64,000 nt of DNA from a bacterium (GTDB lineage: Bacteria > Bacillota > Clostridia > Christensenellales > DTU072): NCBI GenBank assembly GCA_963644945.1, contig CAVIQK010000008.1, positions 879-64,878 of the forward strand, in the 5' to 3' direction. A program made the position numbers and the translations under genes. Below, one piece after another: positions 21,421-30,305 of the stretch. The first letter of the stretch is position 1, and every line of letters begins with the position of its first letter. The notes below the pieces were generated by a model that saw only the letters and a program-made list of their open reading frames with translations, searched no databases and was not told the origin of the DNA.

Positions 21421-23242
21421 GTGACTGAGATAATGATGATGATATTACAAGAGATTTATCAATGGTTTTTAGTGATATTGTATTTTTATTTTTGAGATAA
21501 GTCTTGGCTGCTTCTAGTCCGACGATGCCTGTGTCTATAAGTCCTATTGTGTCTCTTTCGGCTCGGTTGTGACCGACTAAAACTACCGTATATTCTTGGT
21601 TGTCGTCAAGATCTTTGCCGTCGGCTGTCATATAAACATAGGGGTAATAGTATCCCGTTTTGCGTGTATCGGTACCCTTATTTGCCATTTCTTTGATAAC
21701 GGCTCCGGTCTTTTTTACGGTGAATATATGTTCGGACCAACCTGTTGCAAGCCATATCGTGATATATTCTTCGGTAAGTTTTCCTTTCAAAATTTTGCCG
21801 TTGGTGCCGTAAGAATTTTCTAGATTCGGATGAATTTCGGGGTTGTAGACATTGTAGGAAACAAGGGCTGCATCGGCTCCCGTTGCATCCATAAATATTT
21901 GTCCCGTAAGGGTTGCCGCTTCGATGGTGTCAAACTCTTCGACCGCTTCGCCGAAGTAAGGCGTGCCGTTGTCTTTTAGGTAGCGTTTTTGGTCGTCAAG
22001 GGCTTTGAGAGTGGCTGTACCGCTAGTGCCTTCGGAACCTTTTATCCATTCGATTACGGTGTTGCCGAAAGGTTTTAGATAGTCGTCCCAGCCTACATAG
22101 ATCAAATCCATCGAGTGCCCCAAAGAGACGGCATCGTAGGCATCCTTATAATATTTTGCACTCTCGCCTATTTCGAAATTTTTGATCGAGCAAAGGTTAG
22201 ATGAAGTTGTGCCGACAATGGCGTTGTAGCCTTCTTGGGTGGACATCACTTCGAGAAAATGTAGGGCATCTTGTAGTTTTTGTTCGTTGCCCTTTTTGCC
22301 GAGTTCCTTGCTAAGACCGTATAATCTTCCGGGGGTGGTGATATAGGTGTTTTGTGTCCCGTCGGGAGATAAATAAGGCATAAGACCGTATTGGTCGCCT
22401 GTGCCGTCGTTGTTTTCGGTGTATCTCGTGACCGATCCTATCATAAATGCAGTGTTGCCTTCTTTGAATTTGGCTTCTAATTTGCTTGACGAAGTGCTGA
22501 TTCCTTCTTCATAAGAAAACATTCCAATGTCGAGCCATTCTTGAAAATAGGCAATACATTTTTTGAGATCTTCATTGTCCGATGCAAATGTATCGGAATT
22601 TACGTTTGAAAACATTTCTCGCCATTGTTTTCCTTCGGTGTTATTCATAAATATAGTGGAACTCACGTTGAAGAAGTAGTTGAATCCGGAGCCGGGGAGA
22701 TCTAAAAGCGTGACGGAAACGTTGATGCCTTTACTTTTTAGAGCGGGGACAGTTTCGTTTTTTAGTTGTTCAAAACTTGTAGGAACAGCGATATTGTTTT
22801 CGTTTAGCAATGTTTTGTTGTAGGTGATGCCCGTAATGGTATAGTCATACGGCAACAGATAGATAGCGCCGTCAACTAGATATTTTGACAGTCTTGCGGT
22901 GTTGTAACTAGACGTGACCGCATAATTGGTGAGGTCCAAAAGATTTTCCTTTTGATATTTTTCGTCCCATGCCTGAGTGGTGGAATAAATATCCGGCATA
23001 ACGCCCGTTTCTAATTGTTGTTTCATGTATGCGGACTGATTTCTGCCACGATATGCATCTATCTCGATGTCAAGTTCGGGATATTTTTCTTCGGCTAGTT
23101 CGATAACTTTCCTATAATCTCTCAATGCATTCATTATTGTGAGAGTTCTTGAAGTCTCTTCATTACACGAAGAAAGGGTTATTGCCAAAACGGCAACAAC
23201 TAGAATAAGGATAAATAGTGCTAGGGTTTTTGATTTTTTCAT
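21410..23242 (-). CDS. extracellular solute-binding lipoprotein (SBP family 1-like) with extra C-terminal domain
   Basis: ATG 23242 with a GGAGGA SD gives MKKSKTLALFILILVVAVLAITLSSC (lipobox LSSC). The track start at 23473 is an unsupported extension. The 3' end overlaps the kinase start by 11 nt. No ABC permease or ATPase lies nearby. Confidence 0.7.
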   Translation of the reverse strand: MKKSKTLALFILILVVAVLAITLSSCNEETSRTLTIMNALRDYRKVIELAEEKYPELDIEIDAYRGRNQSAYMKQQLETGVMPDIYSTTQAWDEKYQKENLLDLTNYAVTSSYNTARLSKYLVDGAIYLLPYDYTITGITYNKTLLNENNIAVPTSFEQLKNETVPALKSKGINVSVTLLDLPGSGFNYFFNVSSTIFMNNTEGKQWREMFSNVNSDTFASDNEDLKKCIAYFQEWLDIGMFSYEEGISTSSSKLEAKFKEGNTAFMIGSVTRYTENNDGTGDQYGLMPYLSPDGTQNTYITTPGRLYGLSKELGKKGNEQKLQDALHFLEVMSTQEGYNAIVGTTSSNLCSIKNFEIGESAKYYKDAYDAVSLGHSMDLIYVGWDDYLKPFGNTVIEWIKGSEGTSGTATLKALDDQKRYLKDNGTPYFGEAVEEFDTIEAATLTGQIFMDATGADAALVSYNVYNPEIHPNLENSYGTNGKILKGKLTEEYITIWLATGWSEHIFTVKKTGAVIKEMANKGTDTRKTGYYYPYVYMTADGKDLDDNQEYTVVLVGHNRAERDTIGLIDTGIVGLEAAKTYLKNKNTISLKTIDKSLVISSSLSQSHER

Positions 23243-23414
23243 GAAATGTCCTCCGTACTTGCCGATGCACGTAAAGGGTGTAGGTGGGATAACCATCGGC
23301 ACGGTTGTGCGGGGGAGGGGGGAGTCTAAAACGGCTCGTGCAAGTAAATATTTTATATCATTATAACATATTAGATAAATGATTTTCAATAGGGAAAAAT
23401 TTAGTACATTTTTA

Positions 23415-23452
23415 CAAAAAAAGCCTTGCAAGTATTTTGACCTGCAAGGCTT
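23415..23452 (-). terminator. rho-independent terminator after the 173-aa gene
   Basis: AAGCCTTGCA...TGCAAGGCTT stem followed by a T-run on the minus strand. Confidence 0.7.
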
Positions 23453-23516
23453 GTAATATAAATATTGTATCACATGTTTTACAAAAAATCAAATGTTTTT
23501 GTAAAAGTCAAAGCGA

Positions 23517-24038
23517 TTAGATGGCAAACGCATCGGCAAAACTTATCTTACCATGTCTAAAGAAACTGCTTATTTCTCCGAATATCGTGCGCTCGGTGTT
23601 GTTTTCCTTGGCAACGGGTATAAACTTTACATTCGTCTTTTCTGCAAGAGTCTTCAAACGGTTGTCGTTTTCTTCGGTCAAATTGCAAGGCTCTAAAATG
23701 CAAATTTGAGCGGTGGGGTATAGTCTTTTTATTTCGATTATAAGGGCTTGATAGTCGCTATAAAACGCATCGTCGATTGTTTCGCCGTCGCCGAAAGACA
23801 CCAAAATGTTGCTAGGATCAAGATTTTTTAGGCATTTTTCGACCAAACTTTTTGCTTGTTTTACTTTGAGTCCTTCAATGCTTCGGTTGTAAATCGCATA
23901 GTCGGTCACTCTCTTTTGCATCAACGTGTAAAAGGGGAAATCGTACAAATAGTCCGAGCCGAATACGACATTTTCGCCTTTGATCGCCATGTCGTTGAGA
24001 ACCTTGAATTTTTTTGCTTTTTCTTCAAATTTTTCCAT
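23517..24038 (-). CDS. hypothetical protein, SGNH/GDSL-hydrolase-like fold with non-canonical block I
   Basis: 173 aa. VVFGSDYL in place of GDSL, then NRSIEG, FGDGE and a C-terminal FFRHG. Assignment is weak. Confidence 0.3.
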   Translation of the reverse strand: MEKFEEKAKKFKVLNDMAIKGENVVFGSDYLYDFPFYTLMQKRVTDYAIYNRSIEGLKVKQAKSLVEKCLKNLDPSNILVSFGDGETIDDAFYSDYQALIIEIKRLYPTAQICILEPCNLTEENDNRLKTLAEKTNVKFIPVAKENNTERTIFGEISSFFRHGKISFADAFAI

Positions 24039-24041
24039 AAA

Positions 24042-24377
24042 TTAACACTCCGAAAGAACTTTTTGTTGGTTTTCTACTACTTGTTTTCTATCGCTACTTC
24101 CCTTGACTTCACGATTTTTGTTTATTATCCATATAATTAGATCGGCAATTACCATGACTAAATTGAAAATGTACAACCAAAAAACATAGGGAATCGAACC
24201 GCTAGATACGGCTATCGTGATTTTGCTGATTATTCCGCAGATATATCCTACTATTATTACCAACGTGAAAATTAGGCTTTTGCCTCCGGTCGATTTTGAC
24301 TTTATACTTTTGATGACCGAGATGGGCCACGAAATACCAAAACAAATCAACATGAATACTTCAAATAATTGTGTCAT
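24042..24377 (-). CDS. small 3-TM membrane protein, PQ-loop/SemiSWEET-like
   Basis: 111 aa with three TM helices. TM1 ends in WPISVIKSIKSKSTGGKS, resembling the PQ-loop motif. AAGGAG SD. Confidence 0.4.
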   Translation of the reverse strand: MTQLFEVFMLICFGISWPISVIKSIKSKSTGGKSLIFTLVIIVGYICGIISKITIAVSSGSIPYVFWLYIFNLVMVIADLIIWIINKNREVKGSSDRKQVVENQQKVLSEC

Positions 24378-24486
24378 AAAACTTTTTTCTCCTTTGTACG
24401 AAAGACATTATATGCTTGACAATTCATAATGTATAATATATATTTTTTATGCAATTCATAACTTTTGGGAATAGGTGAGGTCGATT

Positions 24487-25353
24487 ATGGAAATTACCAA
24501 CTTGCGTTATTTTTACGAAGCGGCAAAATGCGGTCATATCACAAAGGCGGCAGAAAACTTGCATATTGCACAACCGGCTCTTTCGAAGTCTATAAAAACT
24601 CTCGAGGAAGAACTCGGGGTGAAACTCTTTTATAAAGACGGACGGGGTGTAAAACTTACCGAATACGGAATATTTTTGAAAGATAAAATCGAGCCTATCA
24701 TTGACGAACTCGATGTTTTGCCGATGGCTATCAAAAATTTTACCGAACTCAACGAAAATACTATTTCGATCAACGTGCTGGCGGCATCTACTATTACGAC
24801 GGATATTATTATAAGGTTTAAGAAAATGTATCCTAATGTTATGTTTAAGATGACAAGAAACGAAACGGACACAACTGCGGACATTGAGATTTTGACCAAC
24901 GCCAAAAATTTTGACAATTTTGTCAGTGTGAAAAAACGAGCGATTATTGAGGAAAAAATCCATGTTGCGGTGCCTATAGACAGTCCGCTCGCAAAAAAAG
25001 AGGCTATCAACCTACTTGAACTCAAAGATTGCGAATTTATCGCACTATCGGGATCGAGGCGATTCCGTCCGCTTTGCGATGCTTATTGCGAACATGCGGG
25101 ATTCAAACCTCACGTGACTTTTGAAAGCGACTCTTTGATCGCCGTAAAGAATCTTATATCGGCAGGGGTGGGCGTCGCCTTTTGGCCGGAGTTTTCGTGG
25201 GGTAAGATAAACCACAAAAATATAAAACTCCTTGACATTGAAAATCCGCAAATGAAACGTGAGATAATTTTATATTTGACGAGTCACAAGAAGTCCAAAA
25301 TCAGCGAAAAATTCTTTGACTTTTTGATAGCGGAACTCAATAAAAAGAAATAA
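24487..25353 (+). CDS. LysR family transcriptional regulator
   Basis: N-terminal wHTH MEITNLRYFYEAAKCGHITKAAENLHIAQPALSKSIKTLEEELG and a C-terminal substrate-binding fold. Divergent from the 24042-24377 gene. Confidence 0.9.
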   Translation: MEITNLRYFYEAAKCGHITKAAENLHIAQPALSKSIKTLEEELGVKLFYKDGRGVKLTEYGIFLKDKIEPIIDELDVLPMAIKNFTELNENTISINVLAASTITTDIIIRFKKMYPNVMFKMTRNETDTTADIEILTNAKNFDNFVSVKKRAIIEEKIHVAVPIDSPLAKKEAINLLELKDCEFIALSGSRRFRPLCDAYCEHAGFKPHVTFESDSLIAVKNLISAGVGVAFWPEFSWGKINHKNIKLLDIENPQMKREIILYLTSHKKSKISEKFFDFLIAELNKKK

Positions 25354-25356
25354 ATT

Positions 25357-25381
25357 AAAAAAAGACAAGTTGCCTTGTCTT
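25357..25381 (-). terminator. rho-independent terminator of the rlmI-like gene
   Basis: AAGACAAG-GCAA-CTTGTCTT followed by TTTTTTT on the minus strand. Confidence 0.65.
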
Positions 25382-25409
25382 AGAAAATCTCGTGGAAAAA
25401 CGGGGTATT

Positions 25410-26576
25410 TTACATTATTTGCAACACGAAAAATTTTAGATACTGTGTTTCTTCTGCGCAAAGTAGGGATGGATGATCCGGGGCTTGAGATTTGATTTCG
25501 ACGGTGCGGACGATTTTTCCGCTTTCTTTTGCGGATTCGACAAGCATCTTTTCAAATAGCGGGAAAGTCATGTAGTGCGAACACGACGACGATATGAGAT
25601 AGCCACCGCTTTTTACCAATTTCATGCCTAAAATATTGATGTCTTTGTAGCCCCTATATGCGTCTTTTACTTCGCTTGCGCTCTTGCAAAATGCAGGGGG
25701 ATCGAGTATTACCAAGTCGAATTTTTCGCCGTCCGCTTTGTAGGTACGAAGGACCTCGAAAACGTCACCGCATTTGGTTGTTATGTTGGTTATGCCGTTG
25801 AGTCTGGCATTTTCTAAAACGTTGTCAAGGGCTAATTTAGAAATGTCCAAAGACACGACTTCGTCAGCGGACTGTGCAGCATTGACCGAAAAACCACCGC
25901 TGTTGCAAAAGCAGTCAAGGACTCTGCCTTTTGCATAACGCCTTGTTGCCAAACGATTTTCTTTTTGGTCGAGAAAGTAGCCTGTCTTTTGGCCGTTCTT
26001 TACGTCAACGGACATTTTCAAACCGTTTTCGGTGACAATTATTTTGTCGGGGACTTCTCCGTATATAACTCCGGTTTTTTCGGCAAGTCCTTCTTTTACT
26101 CTTACTTGAACGTCGCTACGTTCGTATATGCCTTTTGGGTTGAAAATTTTTACAAGGCAATTTATGACCTTTTCTTTTTGACGGTCTATTCCTAGCGACA
26201 AAAATTGACATACCAAATAGTCGGCATATTTATCTATAATCAGTGCGGGGAGGTTGTCGGCTTCGGCAAAAACTACTCTGTAACAGGAATCGTAGCCTAG
26301 TGCTTGACGGCTCTCGGTGGCAGTGTTTATACGGTCAAAATACAGGTTTTCGTCGTCGGTTTCGTTTTCATTCCTAATAAAAATACGCACAAGAATCTTG
26401 GACAAGTGGTTGATATACCCTTTGCCGATGAATCTGCCGTCATGGGTAAGGACGGTGGCAAGTGTTCCGTTTTTGTCTTTGCCTTCGATTTTTGCAACTT
26501 CGTTGGCGTACACCCAACTATGACCTTGCAATACACGTTTTTCTTCGCCTTTTTTGAGATATACCGTATATGGCAT
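25410..26576 (-). CDS. rlmI: class I SAM-dependent rRNA (cytosine-C5) methyltransferase, RlmI-like (PUA + MTase)
   Basis: MPYTVYLKKGEEKRVLQGHSWVY PUA-type N-terminus. SAM motif VLDCFCNSGGFS and motif IV LVILDPPAF. Start moved to ATG 26576. Confidence 0.8.
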   Translation of the reverse strand: MPYTVYLKKGEEKRVLQGHSWVYANEVAKIEGKDKNGTLATVLTHDGRFIGKGYINHLSKILVRIFIRNENETDDENLYFDRINTATESRQALGYDSCYRVVFAEADNLPALIIDKYADYLVCQFLSLGIDRQKEKVINCLVKIFNPKGIYERSDVQVRVKEGLAEKTGVIYGEVPDKIIVTENGLKMSVDVKNGQKTGYFLDQKENRLATRRYAKGRVLDCFCNSGGFSVNAAQSADEVVSLDISKLALDNVLENARLNGITNITTKCGDVFEVLRTYKADGEKFDLVILDPPAFCKSASEVKDAYRGYKDINILGMKLVKSGGYLISSSCSHYMTFPLFEKMLVESAKESGKIVRTVEIKSQAPDHPSLLCAEETQYLKFFVLQIM

Positions 26577-26685
26577 AACACACCTCTTGATATTGATGTG
26601 AAAATTATAGTTTTTACGGCACGAAAAGTCAATCGTCAAAGGGGCGGACAACATATTAAAAATTTTGAAAACACGTCAAATTCGC

Positions 26686-26714
26686 TTACAAACAAATTTT
26701 GTTTGTGCTATCAT
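26686..26714 (+). promoter_or_regulatory. extended -10 promoter upstream of the MATE gene (-35 TTACAA, 17 nt, TGc TATCAT)
   Basis: Hexamers at 26686-26691 and 26709-26714. TG at 26706-26707. Confidence 0.5.
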
Positions 26715-26745
26715 ATTGAAAACAAAATAAATATCGTAAGCGAAG

Positions 26746-26804
26746 ATCGTGTTGCATTGTGCGTAAATCCGGATTGTAGTGATTTACCTGCGACACGATT
26801 TTTT
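26746..26804 (+). terminator. leader-embedded two-tier hairpin plus U-run (candidate attenuator) in the MATE 5' UTR
   Basis: Outer stem ATCGTGTTGC/GCGACACGAT (10 bp, one G-U pair). Inner stem GTAAATC/GATTTAC. Followed by TTTTTT, 18 nt before the ATG at 26823. Confidence 0.55.
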
Positions 26805-26822
26805 ATTGCAAAAAGGAAGTTT

Positions 26823-28241
26823 ATGAGTCAAGAAAATCAAAACAAAATGGCAATTATGCCGGTCAAAAAACTTATTTGGACAATGGGACTTCCCATGATT
26901 GTGTCAATGGTGCTTCAAGCACTTTACAATGTCGTGGACAGCATATTCGTCGCCAACATCGAAGGAGTCGGCGCTATCGCAAACCAAGCCTTGACACTGG
27001 CTTTTCCGGTGCAAATCATGATGATCGCTGTGGGTGTCGGTACGGGAATCGGCATCAATGCATGTCTTTCTAAAAGCCTTGGGGAGCGTGACTCCGAAAG
27101 AGTAAGTCGCACTGCCGGCAACGGTATTTTCATTGCATTTATTTTGTATGCGGTCTTTCTACTGTTCGGTTTGGTTTTGTCAAAATGGTTCATTTCGCTA
27201 TTCTCAAAAGACGAAATCGTCGTCGAAATGGGATCTACTTATCTCAAAATATGTTGTTGTTTTTCGCTCGGATCAATAGGCTATACGGTGTATGAAAGAT
27301 TTTTGCAAGCGACCGGAAAAACTATGTATTCGACTATATCGCAAATTGCCGGAGCAGTCACAAATATTGTCCTTGATTATGTCTTTATTTTCCCGTTGGA
27401 TCTTGGTGTCGCCGGTGCTGCGTGGGCGACCATTATCGGGCAATTCGTATCCCTATTCATTGCAATGGGGTTCCATTACTTCAAAAATAAAGAAATCAAC
27501 GGTCATCCAAAATATATTAGACCGTCTTGGAAAATTATTAAAAATATCTACCAAATCGGCATAGCGGCGGCGATTATGCAAGCGCTCCTTTCTGTCATGA
27601 TGGCGGGCATGAACGCAATACTTTCTACTGCCGATGCCAACACGACAATTCTGGTCGGGGCATTCGGGATCTATTACAAGATTCAACAAATTGCTTTGTT
27701 CTCGGCATTTGGTTTGTCCAACACTATCATAAGCACTCTTTCCTTTAACTACGGCATGCAAGATAAGGAAAGAGTAAAAGCCGTAATTAAGAACGGAATA
27801 ATCGACACTCTCATTGTCACACTCCTAATTTTTGCATTGTTCGAGGGTATCGCCAATCCGCTTGCAAGGTTGTTCGCACTTTCGGAATCGTCATCTTCGG
27901 AACTAATCGCCGTATGCGAAAGAGCGACGAGAATCGGAGCGGCAAGTTTTGTATTTATGGGCTTTACCGTAGCGGTGCAAGGTGTCTTGCAAGCATTCGG
28001 TTATGCACTCAAACCGCTTATTTTGTCTTTGTTGCGACTGGTCGTCTTTTTGTTCCCGATGGCTTACGTCTTTACCTTGATTGACGGGGTTTGCGACAAT
28101 GTTTGGTGGACCTTCCTTATTGCCGAAGTGCTTACGGATATCGTGTCCGCAATTTTCCTTGTGGGGGCAATTAAAAAGAAAGTCTATCCTATACAAGACA
28201 AGTTGGACCAAGACCACGAAGAATCGTTGGCTATTGACTAA
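26823..28241 (+). CDS. MATE family efflux transporter
   Basis: 472 aa, about 12 TM helices. N-terminus ...PVKKLIWTMGLPMIVSMVLQALYNVVDSIFV is typical of MATE/NorM. AAGGAAG SD. The track start at 26304 is antisense to rlmI and rejected. Confidence 0.9.
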   Translation: MSQENQNKMAIMPVKKLIWTMGLPMIVSMVLQALYNVVDSIFVANIEGVGAIANQALTLAFPVQIMMIAVGVGTGIGINACLSKSLGERDSERVSRTAGNGIFIAFILYAVFLLFGLVLSKWFISLFSKDEIVVEMGSTYLKICCCFSLGSIGYTVYERFLQATGKTMYSTISQIAGAVTNIVLDYVFIFPLDLGVAGAAWATIIGQFVSLFIAMGFHYFKNKEINGHPKYIRPSWKIIKNIYQIGIAAAIMQALLSVMMAGMNAILSTADANTTILVGAFGIYYKIQQIALFSAFGLSNTIISTLSFNYGMQDKERVKAVIKNGIIDTLIVTLLIFALFEGIANPLARLFALSESSSSELIAVCERATRIGAASFVFMGFTVAVQGVLQAFGYALKPLILSLLRLVVFLFPMAYVFTLIDGVCDNVWWTFLIAEVLTDIVSAIFLVGAIKKKVYPIQDKLDQDHEESLAID

Positions 28242-28305
28242 TTTTTCAAAAAAGACGATAATAAATATATAGATTGCGAGCAAATTGGCTCGAAAGGAGA
28301 GTTTT

Positions 28306-28926
28306 ATGAACACGATTATCACAATATCAAGGCAATACGGCAGTGGCGGTAGATTCGTCGGAAAACTGCTCGCAGAAGAACTCAATATTCCTTTTTATGA
28401 CAAAGAAATTATCTCTATGGCGGCAGAAAACTCGGGGTTTGCGCAAGAGTTTATCAAAGAAAACGAACAAAAAATGAAAGGTTTATCTACTCTTTCTTTT
28501 ACTCCGGGGATGCTGAGCGGAAACTTTGCATATAATTTTGAAAATATCGAATCTAAAATTTATGCGGCGGAAGCGGAGGCTATCGTCAAAATCGCAAATG
28601 AAGGGGCGTGCGTGATCGTAGGACGTTGCGCCGACTATATACTGAAAGATAAGTGTAAATGCCTAAATGTTTTTATACATGCGGATATGCCGTCTAGAAT
28701 CGAAAGAGTCATCAATGTTTTTCAACGTACGGATAACCAAAAGAAAGCCGAAAAACTTATCAAAGAAAACGATCGGTTGAGAGCAAGGCACTACCGCTTT
28801 TATACGGACGGCGAGTGGGGAGATGTCAACAACTATCACATCACTCTCAATACTTCGGTCCTGAGTGTCGAAGATTGCGCCAAAATTTTGAAAGAAGCCT
28901 ATCTAAAACTCGATCAACAAGATTAA
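28306..28926 (+). CDS. cytidylate kinase-like family protein (P-loop NTPase)
   Basis: MNTIITISRQYGSGGR N-terminus is characteristic of the cytidylate-kinase-like family. AAGGAGAG SD. Confidence 0.7.
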   Translation: MNTIITISRQYGSGGRFVGKLLAEELNIPFYDKEIISMAAENSGFAQEFIKENEQKMKGLSTLSFTPGMLSGNFAYNFENIESKIYAAEAEAIVKIANEGACVIVGRCADYILKDKCKCLNVFIHADMPSRIERVINVFQRTDNQKKAEKLIKENDRLRARHYRFYTDGEWGDVNNYHITLNTSVLSVEDCAKILKEAYLKLDQQD

Positions 28927-28958
28927 AAAATCAATTCCGCATCAATTTTAATAAAAAA

Positions 28959-28994
28959 AACGAACCCAAGATTTCCTTAGGTTCGTTTTATTTT
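28959..28994 (+). terminator. rho-independent terminator (A-run/T-run flanked, also downstream of tRNA-Val on the other strand)
   Basis: AACGAACC...GGTTCGTT stem followed by TTATTTT. Confidence 0.65.
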
Positions 28995-28997
28995 AGA

Positions 28998-29073
28998 TGG
29001 TGGAGACAATTGGACTCGAACCAATGACATCTACCTTGTAAGGGTAGCGCTCTCCCAGCTGAGCTATGCCTCC
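28998..29073 (-). tRNA. tRNA-Val (anticodon UAC), CCA encoded
   Basis: The reverse complement folds as a cloverleaf: GGAGGCA TA GCTC AGCTGGGA GAGC G CTACC CTTACAA GGTAG ATGTC ATTGG TTCGAGT CCAAT TGTCTCC A CCA. 76 nt. Anticodon TAC at positions 34-36. Confidence 0.95.
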
Positions 29074-29091
29074 AAACTAAATTGCTAGATT

Positions 29092-29120
29092 ATTATATAT
29101 GCAAATATCAAATAAATCAA
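29092..29120 (-). promoter_or_regulatory. promoter for tRNA-Val (-35 TTGATT, 17 nt, -10 TATAAT)
   Basis: Read on the minus strand. The -10 hexamer lies about 19 nt upstream of the mature 5' end. Confidence 0.55.
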
Positions 29121-29162
29121 GTGTTTTTATTTATCTCGGCAAAATTTCTAAAATTTGAGGGT

Positions 29163-30095
29163 TTAGTCAAAATCAAACAATGCGGTGGACATATATCTGT
29201 CTCCGCTGTCGGGGAAAACGACGACTATGGTTTTGCCTTTGTTTTCTTCTTTTTTGGCTTCCTCTATTGCACCGACTAGCGCAGCGCCCGACGATATGCC
29301 GACCAAAACGCCTTCGGTGGATGCCACCTTTTTTGCCATGTTGATTGCATCAAGGTCATCTACTGCTATTATTTCGTCCACTACATTTAGGTCAAGGACT
29401 TTGGGGACAAACCCTGCGCCTATGCCTTGAATTCCATGACGTCCCGAAACGCCCTTAGAGAGTACGGGGGAAGACGAAGGCTCTACCGCCACCGCTTTTA
29501 AAGTAGGATTTTTTTCTTTTAGGTATTTTGCAGTCCCCGTAATAGTTCCGCCTGTGCCTACACCTGCTACCAAAATATCAACCGAACCTTCCGTATCTCT
29601 ATATATTTCCGGACCGGTTGTTTTGTAGTGTGCTTCGGCATTGGAGAGATTGTCGAATTGGGAAAGCACGACTCCGCCTAGACTCTTTTCGAGTTCTTTG
29701 GCTTTTTCTATGGCTCCGCTCATGCCCCTAGATCCGTCCGTAAGTACGATTTCCGCTCCGTAGGCTCTTATTAAATTTCGACGTTCTACGGACATGGTTT
29801 CGGGCATAACTATGATGACTCGGTACCCTTTTCCCACTCCTACGGATGCCAAACCTATACCTGTGTTGCCGGAGGTGGGTTCTATAATCGCATCGCCTTT
29901 TTTCAAAAGTCCTCGTTTTTCTGCATCCTCGATCATGTTGACGGCTATACGATCTTTGCATGATCCCGTCGTATTGAAATATTCTAGTTTTGCTAAAATT
30001 TTGGCATTGAGATTCTCTGCCTTTTCGATATTTACAAGTTCGAGTAAAGGCGTATTGCCGACAAGTTCTGTTGCGCTGCGATAGATTTTTGTCAT
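29163..30095 (-). CDS. cysK: cysteine synthase A (O-acetylserine sulfhydrylase)
   Basis: PLP-lysine motif TGSCKDR. GNTGIGLA and GTGGTITG loops. 310 aa. Confidence 0.9.
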   Translation of the reverse strand: MTKIYRSATELVGNTPLLELVNIEKAENLNAKILAKLEYFNTTGSCKDRIAVNMIEDAEKRGLLKKGDAIIEPTSGNTGIGLASVGVGKGYRVIIVMPETMSVERRNLIRAYGAEIVLTDGSRGMSGAIEKAKELEKSLGGVVLSQFDNLSNAEAHYKTTGPEIYRDTEGSVDILVAGVGTGGTITGTAKYLKEKNPTLKAVAVEPSSSPVLSKGVSGRHGIQGIGAGFVPKVLDLNVVDEIIAVDDLDAINMAKKVASTEGVLVGISSGAALVGAIEEAKKEENKGKTIVVVFPDSGDRYMSTALFDFD

Positions 30096-30305
30096 AAAAC
30101 TTACCTCTTATAGGGATACTTTTATTATAATGGTTTTGTACGAATTGTAAATTCTTTGTCGGGTTTATTTATGTTTTTAATGTATGATTATCTTATATCT
30201 ATAATTCAAATTTGTAAAATTATATAAGTTCATTGTTAAAAATATATTTACAATATCGTTTTCTTATGCTAAAATGTGAATAATAATCTTATTTTAAGGA
30301 GCATT

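Noticed and set aside
23243-23473. N-terminal 77-aa extension of the SBP ORF
   Set aside because: It has no SD and odd composition. ATG 23242 is preceded by GGAGGA and yields a textbook lipoprotein signal peptide.
24424-24963. 179-aa minus-strand ORF
   Set aside because: Antisense to the LysR regulator, whose wHTH is unmistakable. No SD.
26304-26822. N-terminal 173-aa extension of the MATE ORF in the track (645 aa)
   Set aside because: The extension is antisense to the rlmI-like gene and crosses the promoter and terminator leader. ATG 26823 has an SD and gives a canonical MATE N-terminus.
30096-30305. Possible riboswitch or T-box in the cysK / CNNM divergent spacer
   Set aside because: The 210-nt AT-rich region shows no extended conserved stems or known consensus by eye. 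It is most simply two divergent promoters.
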